A DNA stretch of 64,000 nt from an uncultured Actinomycetes bacterium (GCA_963707645.1 CAVPQW010000005.1:427309-491308), one strand, 5' to 3'. Shown: positions 18,988 to 27,724, counted from the stretch's first letter. Translations and numbers: made by a program. The notes: generated from the sequence alone by a model not told the origin.

Positions 18988-19061
18988 TGGAGGTGAGGGG
19001 ATTTGAACCCCTGGCCTCTGCCGTGCGAAGGCAGCGCTCTACCGGGCTGAGCTACACCCCC
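18988..19061 (-). tRNA. tRNA-Ala (anticodon CGC)
   Basis: Reverse complement GGGGGTGTAGCTCAGCCCGGTAGAGCGCTGCCTTCGCACGGCAGAGGCCAGGGGTTCAAATCCCCTCACCTCCA folds as a cloverleaf. G3:U70 Ala identity pair, anticodon loop TTCGCAC. CCA not encoded. Confidence 0.95.
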
Positions 19062-19275
19062 AAGGGCCGGCTAGCGTAGCAAAGGGCTCCCCGGGAGTCG
19101 GCGACACGGCCGATCACGTTGCCCGGCCGTTCGGTGGGTGGTATGAACGGCGCCGCATACCGACGAGGGGTGGAGCTGCGGGAGCGACCTCTGTCACGGA
19201 ATCGGAGGTTCGGGCCTCCTCGCCAGACGGCGAGCGCCGACCGCTCATCGCACCGCTCAGAGAGGGGACGGATCC

Positions 19276-19755
19276 ATGAGACGCGTTGTCGTTGCCGTGC
19301 TATTGGCAGTTCCGTTGCTGCTCGCGGGTCCGCAGGCGCTCGCCGCGACGCCGGCGATCCAGAAGACTCCCGTGGACGTGACGGTGCCGGACTTCGTGGA
19401 CTGCGCGTTCCCCGTGGAGATCCACATCACCGGGATCGACAACCGGATCACTTGGACCATGCCGGATGGCACCGTTCGGCAGTTCGCCGCCTTCCCCACG
19501 GGCCGTGCCACCCTGACGAACCTCGACTCCGAGAAAGCCATCACGGTCAACATCGCCGGGCCGGCGCACTTCACGTTCGGTCCGCACGGCGAGTTCCGAC
19601 TCATGGGGACCGGCGCGTGGATCTCGTTCCTCGAGGACCCGCCGGGGATCACCCGCAGCGTGGGCCGCTTCGTCGTCGCGATCGACGCCGCCGGGAACGA
19701 GACGTTCACCAAGAGCGGACCCACCTTCGACCTCTGCGCTGCACTCGCCGGCTAA
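19276..19755 (+). CDS. Secreted protein, function unknown
   Basis: Sec signal 'MRRVVVAVLLAVPLLLAGPQALAA'. Beta-rich mature part with two Cys. Confidence 0.7.
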   Translation: MRRVVVAVLLAVPLLLAGPQALAATPAIQKTPVDVTVPDFVDCAFPVEIHITGIDNRITWTMPDGTVRQFAAFPTGRATLTNLDSEKAITVNIAGPAHFTFGPHGEFRLMGTGAWISFLEDPPGITRSVGRFVVAIDAAGNETFTKSGPTFDLCAALAG

Positions 19756-19840
19756 GGATCGGCCTCCGGGCATCCCGGTACGAGCCCGACGAGCAGGCGG
19801 CCGGTCGCGGGGTTCGGGGTGCTCGGCCTATCCTCAGGCG

Positions 19841-20656
19841 ATGGAGCTTCCGATCACGAAGCCGGAGATCATCCGGGCCATCCGGATGGAACGGGTCCGA
19901 ACCCTCGCGCTGCTGCGGACGCTCGAGCCCGAGCGGTGGGAGATCGAGGTCCTCCCCCGGTGGCGCGTCCGCGAGGTCGCCGCGCACCTCATCACGACCG
20001 ACAAGGGCGGTGTGACGGGCGCGGTCCTGCCCAAGGTCTTCTCCTCGACGGAGAAGCTCGAACGCTGGAATGACAAGGTCGTGGGCAGCTACGCCGACCG
20101 GCCGATCCCTGAGCTGCTGCTCGCGCTCGACAGATGGAGCCGGCGCCTCGTCGGCATCGTGAAGGCGGCACCGGCGCGCGCGTTCGGCATGCGAGTTCCC
20201 ACGATGTGGGGCAAGGGCCCGCTGGCGATGTTCGCTTGGAGCCGGCCGTTCGACGAGTGGGTGCACCGCCAGGACATCCGCCTCGGGCTCGGAATGGCAC
20301 TCGAGACGGTCGACCTCGCGGTCCCGGCGGGGTTCGTGCTGATGGCTGCCGAGACCTCGACGCTCCCCGATCTGGACGGGCTCGCCGGATCGCTCACCGT
20401 GGACCTGACCGGCGTGCCGCTCTACCCGTGGACGGCCGATCTGCACTCCGGCGAGACGGTATTTCGCACTGCTGCGGACTCCGGCGCGCTCGCGGCGCCC
20501 GGGCCGTCCGCGACGATCCGCGTGGCCGCGCCCGAGTTCGTCATGAAGGCCGCGGGGCGGGGCACGTTCAAGGAGCTCGAGGCGGCCGGCGAGCTGACGA
20601 TCGAGGGCGACCGCGGGATCGCGGAGGAATTCCTCGGGAAGCTACGCGTCGTCTGA
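19841..20656 (+). CDS. Maleylpyruvate isomerase family mycothiol-dependent enzyme (DinB-like N-domain, SCP2-like C-domain)
   Basis: 'W.VREVAAHLITTD' DinB/MDMPI N-terminal pattern. C-terminal '...GELTIEGDRGIAEEFLGKL' resembles SCP2-type tails. Confidence 0.8.
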   Translation: MELPITKPEIIRAIRMERVRTLALLRTLEPERWEIEVLPRWRVREVAAHLITTDKGGVTGAVLPKVFSSTEKLERWNDKVVGSYADRPIPELLLALDRWSRRLVGIVKAAPARAFGMRVPTMWGKGPLAMFAWSRPFDEWVHRQDIRLGLGMALETVDLAVPAGFVLMAAETSTLPDLDGLAGSLTVDLTGVPLYPWTADLHSGETVFRTAADSGALAAPGPSATIRVAAPEFVMKAAGRGTFKELEAAGELTIEGDRGIAEEFLGKLRVV

Positions 20657-21319
20657 GGCTGGGGCTGAGGCTGCGGCGGACGGGGCCTCGCCCAGCACCG
20701 CCTTGGCGTGGCGGTCGAGCGCGTCCTTCAGGTCCCGCTGCACGAGCGACAGCGAGAGGTCGCCGCGGGTCTTCTCCATGATCGAACGCGCCACGTCGGT
20801 CGAGCGGCGGAGGTTCCGCGTGATGGCGTCCGGATAGTCGACCGTGGCGAGCAGGCTGTAGATCTCCTCCATCGCCGCCAGCATCCGTTCGCCGGTGGCG
20901 ACATCGCCCTTGCGGAGGTGGTCCAGGATCTGCCGGCGGGCCTCGCCGACCGCCTCCGACATGCCGTTGAGGTACGGCGCCAGCTCGACGCCGAGCTCCT
21001 CCGGGGTAGGCGCCGCCTGCGAGCCGTCGATGATCGCCTCGGTGAACCGGGCCTCGGCGTACTCCTTCTGCGCGTCCTGGAGAAACCCGCCCTGCCCGAC
21101 GTCCGGGTGGTCGGCGGCGGCGGCCACGCCGTCGGCGATCGCCGCCCGGGCCTCCTCCATTAGCTCGGAGGCCTTGTCACGCTCGCCGCGGTGCAGGGCC
21201 CGGATGCCGTTCGCGCTGCTCCGGATGGCCTTCCGCGACGCGGACAGCGCACGCTCCCGTGCGGCCACCTTCGCGTCGAACTCATCCCGGATGCGGCTGC
21301 CCAACGGCTCGAGGTCCAT
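20642..21319 (-). CDS. Translin-family protein (COG2178-type)
   Basis: All-helical 225 aa: 'FDAKVAARERALSASRKAIRSSANGIRALHRGE...', 'YLNGMSEAVGEARRQILDHLRKGD', 'PDAITRNLRRSTDVARSIMEKTRGDL'. Assignment by pattern memory. Confidence 0.65.
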   Translation of the reverse strand: MDLEPLGSRIRDEFDAKVAARERALSASRKAIRSSANGIRALHRGERDKASELMEEARAAIADGVAAAADHPDVGQGGFLQDAQKEYAEARFTEAIIDGSQAAPTPEELGVELAPYLNGMSEAVGEARRQILDHLRKGDVATGERMLAAMEEIYSLLATVDYPDAITRNLRRSTDVARSIMEKTRGDLSLSLVQRDLKDALDRHAKAVLGEAPSAAASAPASDDA

Positions 21320-21368
21320 CGAAAGCGATGCTATCGGGAACGGGGAACGGCGGCGCTCGGACGGGTGG

Positions 21369-21911
21369 TTAGACGCCGGCGACTTCGAGCTCCGCCGCGT
21401 CGTGCACGCGGACGTGCACGATGTCGGTCTCGGCGAGCCAGCCCAGCGGACGCTCCTTGCTCGGCGCGGCCGGCCCCAGCGGGACGTCGAGCCCCGTGGT
21501 CTCGCCGCGCGCCGGCAGCGGTCGCGACGCCTCGTGACGCTTCACGTCGACGAGCATCAGGACGTAGGCGCACAGCAGGGCGGCGACGACGGCGCTCAGG
21601 ATCCACATGCCGTGCAGCGGCGGGAACATCCCGATCAGGAGCGTCAGGGCGAGGGTCTCGAGCAGGACCATCAGCACACGGCGGCGGCGGGCTCGCGCGC
21701 GGGCCCGGGCACGTTCGCGGCGGCCCACGAAGGCCTCCCCCTTGCGGGGGGCGACGATCCAGCGACCGCCGGCCCGCTCCGTCTGCTCCAGTAATCCCAT
21801 GGTCCTGTTGAACTCCTCGACGCTCGTGCGCGCGCGATCACGCCCGAGACGAGGGGGAAGCGCGTACGCAGCCAAGATGATGACCACGGTGCCGACCAAT
21901 AGCCAATCCAT
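21369..21911 (-). CDS. Small membrane protein, candidate GlpR/SepX-type divisome protein
   Basis: ATG 21911. N-terminal TM 'MDWLLVGTVVIILAAYAL', a basic linker with an 'RARARARARRRR' tract, then a TM hairpin. Located downstream of moeA-moaC in the FCL-galU-moeA locus. Confidence 0.5.
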   Translation of the reverse strand: MDWLLVGTVVIILAAYALPPRLGRDRARTSVEEFNRTMGLLEQTERAGGRWIVAPRKGEAFVGRRERARARARARRRRVLMVLLETLALTLLIGMFPPLHGMWILSAVVAALLCAYVLMLVDVKRHEASRPLPARGETTGLDVPLGPAAPSKERPLGWLAETDIVHVRVHDAAELEVAGV

Positions 21912-22084
21912 CCCAGGCTCCCTGTCGACCGTTCCCCGGTGTTCGGCCACAAGATGTGGGCTGGGACGGGACGGTAACACAACATATGGGGCCGGAAAAT
22001 CTCATTCGTGAAATTCTTTGAACGCCCCGTGAACGGCCCCCGACTGTCGCGCGCGCCACAGTCGCAGCGGCCGGCGCAGTTGCG

Positions 22085-22579
22085 TCAAGCCGACGCCGGG
22101 GCCCCGCCGGTCACCCGGTAGTCGCCGCTCTTCCCGCCCGACTTCGCGAGCAGGCGGACGCCGGTGATCTCGGCCGCGCGGTCGAACTCCTTGCACGTGT
22201 CGTACAGGGACAGCGCGGCCACGGTGGCGGCCGTGAGGGCCTCCATCTCGACGCCCGTCCGGTCCCGTGCCTTCACGGTCGCCTGCACGCGAACCGTCCC
22301 AACCGCGGCGTCCGGTTCCACCAGCACCTCGGCCCCGGTCACCGCGATCGGGTGACAGAAGGGCAGGAGGTCGGGAGTCCGCTTGACCCCCATGATCCCG
22401 GCGATCCGGGCCGCCTCGAGCGGGTGGCCCTTGCGCGTGCCCTCGGACAGGCGCTCGACCGCTTCCGGCGTCGTCCGGAGGAATGCCTCGGCAACGGCCC
22501 GGCGGTCGGTGACCTCCTTCGCCCCGACCTCGACGATGCGGGCGGCCTCGTCGGGAGCGCGTTCCTCGTGCGAGGTCAT
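22085..22579 (-). CDS. moaC: Cyclic pyranopterin monophosphate synthase MoaC
   Basis: 'KGHPLEAARIAGIMGVKRTPDLLPFCHPI', 'TGVEMEALTAATVAALSLYDTCK'. ATG 22579 overlaps the moeA stop (ATGA). Confidence 0.92.
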   Translation of the reverse strand: MTSHEERAPDEAARIVEVGAKEVTDRRAVAEAFLRTTPEAVERLSEGTRKGHPLEAARIAGIMGVKRTPDLLPFCHPIAVTGAEVLVEPDAAVGTVRVQATVKARDRTGVEMEALTAATVAALSLYDTCKEFDRAAEITGVRLLAKSGGKSGDYRVTGGAPASA

Positions 22580-23850
22580 GGCTCGAGCGAGCGGAACACC
22601 ATCACGCGCACGGTGGACCCGGCCTTGGCGGTCTCCTGGCCGACCGGGATCATCGCGAGCCCGTTGGCCTTGGCGACCGTCGAGATGAGGTTCGAGGAGC
22701 CGGGCCCCGTCGACTCGGCCGTCCAGCCGTCCGGCCCCCGTCGCACCAGCACGCGGGCGAACTGCATCCGGTCCTTCGGCCCCGAGACGTCGGAGAGCAG
22801 CTGGGCGTTCACCTCCGGACGGAACAGATCGCTCCGGCCGAGCAGCTTCATCAGCGCCGGCCGCACGAACACCTCGAACGACACGAAGACGCTGACCGGG
22901 TTCCCCGGCAGACCGAAGTACGGCTTGCCCTCGATCATGCCGAACGCCTGCGGCATGCCCGGCTGCATCGCGACCCGGAAGAAGTCGACCTCGCCGCGGC
23001 GGAAGAACGCCCGCTTCACCACGTCGCGCTCCCCCACCGAGACGCCGCCGGAGGAGATGTACGCGTCGGCCTGCACGAGGTGCGAAAGGATCGTCTCCTT
23101 GAGCGCCTCGGGGTCGTCGGGGACGATGCCGGCGAGGTACGGCACGGCGCCCGCCTCGCGGAGGCCGCCGAAGATCGTGAAGGCGTTCGCGTCGCGAACC
23201 TGGCCGAACGCCGGCTGCTGCCACGGTTCGATGAGCTCGTCGCCCGTCGACAGGACGATCACGCGGGGCCGGGGGTGCGTCAGCACCTGTGGGTGACCGC
23301 TCAGCGCGAGCAGGCCGAGCTCGGCCCCGCTCAGCCGGCGGCCGGCCGGCACCAGCGTCTGGCCGGCCCGGACGTCCTCGCCGACCGGGCGAACGTTCCT
23401 GCCCTCGGGGAACTCCTGCCGGACCCGGACCCGGTCGCCCGCGGCCTCGGTGTACTCGATCGGGACGACGCAGTCGGCGCCGGCCGGGATCGGCGCGCCG
23501 GTGTCGATGCGGACGGCCTCGCCCCCGCCGACCGTGGCGTCGGGGCGCCGGCCGATCCGGGCCAGCCCGACCACCCGCAGCGTGACGGGTTCGTCGGCCG
23601 TCGCGCCGGCTGCGTCGTGGGAACGGATCGCGTAGCCGTCCATCGCCGACGAGGAGAACTCCGGCAGATGGCCCTGCGCGATTGCGTCGGCAGCCACCAC
23701 GCAGCCCATGGCCTCCTGCAGCGGCAGCTCGATCGGCGCCAGCGGCTGGATGGTGGAGAGGATGCGATCGCGGGCCTCCTCGACCGGCAGGAGGCCGGTC
23801 GCCGGGCCGTGGTCATGTTCGTGGTGGGACTGGGACGCGGATTGGGACAT
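22576..23850 (-). CDS. moeA: Molybdopterin molybdotransferase MoeA family (gephyrin-like; possible Glp)
   Basis: 'SSAMDGYAIR', 'IDTGAPIPAGADCVVPIE', 'STGDEL', 'ISSGGVSVGERDVVK', 'MQPGMPQAFG...GLPGNPVS'. Confidence 0.9.
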   Translation of the reverse strand: MSQSASQSHHEHDHGPATGLLPVEEARDRILSTIQPLAPIELPLQEAMGCVVAADAIAQGHLPEFSSSAMDGYAIRSHDAAGATADEPVTLRVVGLARIGRRPDATVGGGEAVRIDTGAPIPAGADCVVPIEYTEAAGDRVRVRQEFPEGRNVRPVGEDVRAGQTLVPAGRRLSGAELGLLALSGHPQVLTHPRPRVIVLSTGDELIEPWQQPAFGQVRDANAFTIFGGLREAGAVPYLAGIVPDDPEALKETILSHLVQADAYISSGGVSVGERDVVKRAFFRRGEVDFFRVAMQPGMPQAFGMIEGKPYFGLPGNPVSVFVSFEVFVRPALMKLLGRSDLFRPEVNAQLLSDVSGPKDRMQFARVLVRRGPDGWTAESTGPGSSNLISTVAKANGLAMIPVGQETAKAGSTVRVMVFRSLEP

Positions 23851-23959
23851 GGACCCGGCAGTCTATCGGCTCGACTTCGCGAGCCCGGAGGTTCGCGACC
23901 GCGGCGTAACGCCGACACCGGCGCCGGCGACGGAGGAGCACGAGCGAGAGGAGCGAACG

Positions 23960-24247
23960 ATGGACGATCGAGCCGCGAGGGTCGCCGAGCTGTTGCACGA
24001 GGCCGGCGAGACGCACCACGTCGTGTACCGGATCACGGACGGCGACGACCCCGACTGGGCGAGCTGGTACGCCGACTGGCTGATCGACCTGTCGGAGCTC
24101 CACGACGTGCTCGGCGCCAAGCCCGTGCGGAGCGAGCTCGTGTGGATGCTCGTCCAGTGCGACAAGGACTTCACGGCGAACGACCCCGGCGGGCGGTGGG
24201 AGGACGACTACGCCCGCAGGCTCATCGAGCACTTCCCGTTCGAGTAG
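23960..24247 (+). CDS. Hypothetical protein (95 aa, Trp/Asp-rich)
   Basis: RBS gaggag before ATG 23960. 'MDDRAARVAELLHEAGETHHVVYRITDGDDPDWASWYADWLIDL...'. Confidence 0.6.
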   Translation: MDDRAARVAELLHEAGETHHVVYRITDGDDPDWASWYADWLIDLSELHDVLGAKPVRSELVWMLVQCDKDFTANDPGGRWEDDYARRLIEHFPFE

Positions 24248-24258
24248 CCAGCGCCCGG

Positions 24259-25137
24259 CTACAGCAGCTTGCGGCGCTGCACGAAATCCGCGAGGAACTC
24301 GCGGAACTCCTTGCCGACGTCGTCGCGGTCCACGGCCAGCTCCACGGTCGCCTTGAGGTAGTCGAGCTTGTTTCCGATGTCGTAGCGCCCGCCCTCGAAG
24401 ACGAACGCGTACACGGCCTGTTCCTGCGCCAGGCGGTTCAGCGCATCGGTGAGCTGGACCTCGCCGCCTACGCCGGGCTGGATCGCGCGGAGCGCGTCGA
24501 AGATCTCGGGCGTCAGGACGTAGCGGCCGATCGCCGCCAGGTTCGAGGGCGCGTCCGCCGGGTTCGGCTTCTCGACGATCGAGACGATCCGCGCCAGGTT
24601 GTCCTCGACGAACTCGGGCTGGATCGACCCGTACAGCGAGATCTCGTCGCGGGGCACCTCCTGCACGGCGATGACGCTCCGGCCGTACCGCTCGTGGACC
24701 CTGAGCATCTGCTGCAGGACCGGGTTCGACTCGGCCATGAGGTCGTCGCCGAGCAGCACGGCGAACGGCTCGCCCCCGACGTGCGCCTCGGCCACCGCGA
24801 CGGCGTTCCCCAATCCGAGCGGGTCCCGCTGGCGGATGTAGTGGATCGCCGCGCCCTCGCCGACCGATCGAAGCTCCTCGAGCAGGTCGAGCTTGCCCTT
24901 CTCGTGCAGGTAGTACTCGAGCTCGAACGACCGGTCGAAGTGGTCCTCGATGCTCCGCTTGCCGCGGCCGGTCACGACGAGCACGTCGTGCAGGCCCGCC
25001 CGGACGGCCTCCTCGACCACGTACTGGATCGCGGGCTTGTCGAGGACGGGCAGCATCTCCTTGGGCTGGGCCTTGGTCACCGGCAGGAACCGGGTCCCGA
25101 GCCCCGCCGCAGGGATCACCGCCTTGCTGACCTTCAT
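24259..25137 (-). CDS. galU: UTP-glucose-1-phosphate uridylyltransferase
   Basis: 'KAVIPAAGLGTRFLPVTKAQPKEMLPVLDKPAIQYVVEEA', 'GDD', 'VEKP', 'GRYVLTPEIF'. Confidence 0.92.
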   Translation of the reverse strand: MKVSKAVIPAAGLGTRFLPVTKAQPKEMLPVLDKPAIQYVVEEAVRAGLHDVLVVTGRGKRSIEDHFDRSFELEYYLHEKGKLDLLEELRSVGEGAAIHYIRQRDPLGLGNAVAVAEAHVGGEPFAVLLGDDLMAESNPVLQQMLRVHERYGRSVIAVQEVPRDEISLYGSIQPEFVEDNLARIVSIVEKPNPADAPSNLAAIGRYVLTPEIFDALRAIQPGVGGEVQLTDALNRLAQEQAVYAFVFEGGRYDIGNKLDYLKATVELAVDRDDVGKEFREFLADFVQRRKLL

Positions 25138-25250
25138 GGCACCTTCATCGGCTCGCGGAACCTCCTGCCCGTAGCGGAAGCGCCCGCGCAGCCTACCGCG
25201 CGACCGTGAACGCCTCCGTGACGGCCTGTCCGACGCATACGATGCCCGTG

Positions 25251-25856
25251 ATGGCGGAAACGAACCCTCAGCACGATGCCAAGGCCGCGCTCCGGGCACG
25301 GATGCGCTCCGTGCGGGACGCGCTGACCCCCGAGGAACGGGACGTCGCCGGCCGGGCGATCACGGCGACGGTGCTTGCCCGGCCGGAGGTGGCGGGGGCG
25401 GGCGTCGTGTCGCTGTTCTCCTCGTTCGGCTCGGAGGTGTCGACCGCACAGCATCGCCGACGGCGTCCTGTCCGCGGGCAAGCGGCTGTTGTTGCCGTTC
25501 CTGCGACGACGGGCTGATGGAGACGGCCGAGGTGACCGCCGGTGAGGCACTCGTGGCAACCGCCGTACGGGCCGCTCGAGCCCGCGCAGCCGGTCCCCGT
25601 CGACCCGGTGATGGTGGACGTCGTGATCGCGCCCGGGCTCGGGTTCGACCCGCGCGGGAACCGTCTCGGGTACGGGAAGGGCCACTACGACGGATACCTT
25701 CGGCGGATCCGGCCCGAGGTCCCTCGGATCGGGATCGCATACGCGGCCCAGATCGTCGACGAGGTCCCGGCAGGCGAACGCGACGAGCGGATGGACATGG
25801 TCGTGACGGAGGCGGGAGTCGTCGTCTGCGCCCCGCCGAGGGCCCTCCCGGGCTGA
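25251..25856 (+). pseudogene. 5-formyltetrahydrofolate cyclo-ligase, interrupted by three apparent +1 frameshifts as sequenced
   Basis: The frame order is 0, 1, 2, then back to 0. It gives 'MAETNPQHDAKAALRARMRSVRDALTPEE...SSFGSEVSTA', 'IADGVLSAGKRLLLPFL', 'DDGLMETAEVTAGEALVATA', 'YGPLEPAQPV...GLGFDPRGNRLGYGKGHYDGYL...'. Joined, this follows the YgfA-family layout. Confidence 0.8.
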
Positions 25857-26069
25857 TCGGCGCGAAGAAAACTTCGGGCGGCCTCCGTCGGCGTCCGTGC
25901 GGTGCCGGACGGAGCGCGGACCTGTGGTTCGTCGATGCTCGGATGGCTGCTTGCCTTGTCCGTTTCCGTCCGGTTTTCTGATTGGAACGGTTGATGTGCC
26001 CCCATCCCTGTGGGAGGGTGCGCGCCACTTCCACAAGCACGGAACTCGAGCAAGGGGGGGTAGCCGCCC

Positions 26070-27242
26070 ATGTGGGATCGCGGCCACCGGACGGCCCGCA
26101 CGCTGGGAAGCCTTCGGGCGTGGGGAATCGGAATGCTGATCGCGGCGCTGCTCGCCTCGGTCACGGGGTTCGTGCTCGACGCGGCCCCCGAAGGCAGGGA
26201 CAAGCCGTCGGAGCGCCCGGCGACGGCCACCGCGCACCCGAAGGCGCCCGGACACGGGCCGGTGCCCGCCCCTCCCAAGGCCGGGCACCACGCGTACGGA
26301 CACCGCCCCGCGCCGCACCGGGTGCCGCGCCACGCCCCGCCGCTCCCGCAGCACGCCCGGCCGGCCTGGTCCGCCGGCGCACCCGAGGCCACCTGGAGCC
26401 GGTACATGACGACGGTCGACCAGCGCAGGGTGCGCCGCCTGGGTTGCGACCTCGGACAGCGGGTCCGGGGAGGACACGAGCCCGACGACTCGCTCGTGGT
26501 CCTGGCGTTCGGCATGCCCATGCATCACAAGGGCAGGTTCGGCGCCTCGCTGTTCGGGCACTTCGCCAACAGCAGGAAGATCGGCGGGGCCGCCGTCGCG
26601 TTCGGTCGGGGGTTCGGCGAGTGCCTGGGGAAGTCGCCCGGGCACCTGACGCTGTCGATCGGGACCAGCAACTACGGACGCGACGTCACGTATCGACACG
26701 GCCGGATCTGGGGTTCCATGGTCAACCGCGCCAACGGCATCCTCCGGTCGTGGGGGCTGGCCGACACGGTCTCCGTGCACGGCGGCAACGACATCGAACC
26801 CGGCTGGCGCGGACCGAAGGCCACCCGGCGGTGGATCCGGGGCTACAAGTGGGTGACCTCCACGCCGTACTTCAACTTCGGCGGCGCGGGCGGCTGCCCG
26901 CCGGCCGGGTACTGCGAGGGCGACTGGACGATCGAGGACATCTGGTACGCGGCATGGGGGTCAGGCGTGGCGATCCCGCTGCCGGAGATCTACTCGCCGA
27001 CCGGCACCAACGCCGAGCAGTGGTACCGGCTCAGCCTGTGGTCGTACAAGACCCACGGGGAACGCATGGACATCGCCGGCGCTATGTCGCAGCGGCAGTC
27101 CTGTTGGGACGCGCACGACCGGTGCTTCGGGATTCGCAACCCTCCGAACAGATCGTGGTCCCAGCTGTGGCATGCCCTGAACAAGGACCCCCGGACCGCG
27201 CAGCCGCTCCGGTTCTCGACGAACATCAGCTGGCAGAACTGA
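26070..27242 (+). CDS. Membrane-anchored/secreted protein with Pro/His-rich linker and Cys/Trp-rich domain, function unknown
   Basis: Intact 390 aa. N-terminal TM 'WGIGMLIAALLASVTGFVL'. The C-terminal ~270 aa has protein-like composition. Confidence 0.7.
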   Translation: MWDRGHRTARTLGSLRAWGIGMLIAALLASVTGFVLDAAPEGRDKPSERPATATAHPKAPGHGPVPAPPKAGHHAYGHRPAPHRVPRHAPPLPQHARPAWSAGAPEATWSRYMTTVDQRRVRRLGCDLGQRVRGGHEPDDSLVVLAFGMPMHHKGRFGASLFGHFANSRKIGGAAVAFGRGFGECLGKSPGHLTLSIGTSNYGRDVTYRHGRIWGSMVNRANGILRSWGLADTVSVHGGNDIEPGWRGPKATRRWIRGYKWVTSTPYFNFGGAGGCPPAGYCEGDWTIEDIWYAAWGSGVAIPLPEIYSPTGTNAEQWYRLSLWSYKTHGERMDIAGAMSQRQSCWDAHDRCFGIRNPPNRSWSQLWHALNKDPRTAQPLRFSTNISWQN

Positions 27243-27290
27243 CGCGCCCGAACCCGGGAGTGCGTGATGCGCTCGCGTAGAATTCGAGCG

Positions 27291-27724
27291 ATGCCCACCT
27301 ACGAGTACGCCTGTCTGCAGTGCGGCGAGCACGTGGAGGTCTTCCAGTCCTTCAGTGACGAGCCGTTGTCCGTGTGCCCGAACTGCGGGGGCAGCTCCGG
27401 AAGGTGTTCCACCCGGCCGGGATCCTGTTCCGGGGGTCGGGGTTCTACAAGACGGACAGCCGATCCAAGTCGAAGTCGTCCGGCGACGGCGGCGGGTCGA
27501 GCTCGGACTCGAAGTCGAAGTCGGGCTCCTCGTCCTCGAAGTCGGATTCGTCGTCATCAAGCTCCGGGTCGGCGGACTCGGGCTCCGGGTCGTCGGGCTC
27601 GGGGTCTGGGTCGTCGGGCTCGGGCTCGGGGTCCGGGTCGGGCTCGGGGTCCGGGTCGGGCTCGGGGTCTGGGTCGTCATCGAAGCAGCCGGCCCCGGCG
27701 GGCGGTTCCAAGGGGTCGAGCTGA
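27291..27724 (+). pseudogene. FmdB-family zinc-ribbon protein with long Ser/Gly/Lys/Asp tail; one apparent -1 frameshift in a G5 run as sequenced
   Basis: 'MPTYEYACLQCGEHVEVFQSFSDEPLSVCPNCGG' (frame 0) continues as 'QLRKVFHPAGILFRGSGFYKTDSRSK...' in frame 2. Junction at ggggg 27387-27391. Confidence 0.75.
27623..27676 (+). repeat. 3 x 18-nt tandem repeat (ggctcggggtccgggtcg) encoding (GS)n, within a longer Ser/Gly-coding low-complexity tract (~27470-27690)
   Basis: Units at 27623-27640, 27641-27658 and 27659-27676 (the last with c>t). Read directly. Confidence 0.85.

Noticed and set aside
15079-19061. Calling the copper islet an integrative mobile element.
   Set aside because: No integrase, transposase or recognisable direct repeat of the tRNA 3' end is present. 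Only compositional deviation and tRNA adjacency support it, so it is reported as a finding rather than a mobile_element feature.
27560-27690. Short direct repeats that could be mistaken for a CRISPR-like array or minisatellite.
   Set aside because: The units are contiguous 18-mers with no spacers, they lie inside the fmdB coding frame (encoding Gly-Ser), and there are no cas genes nearby.
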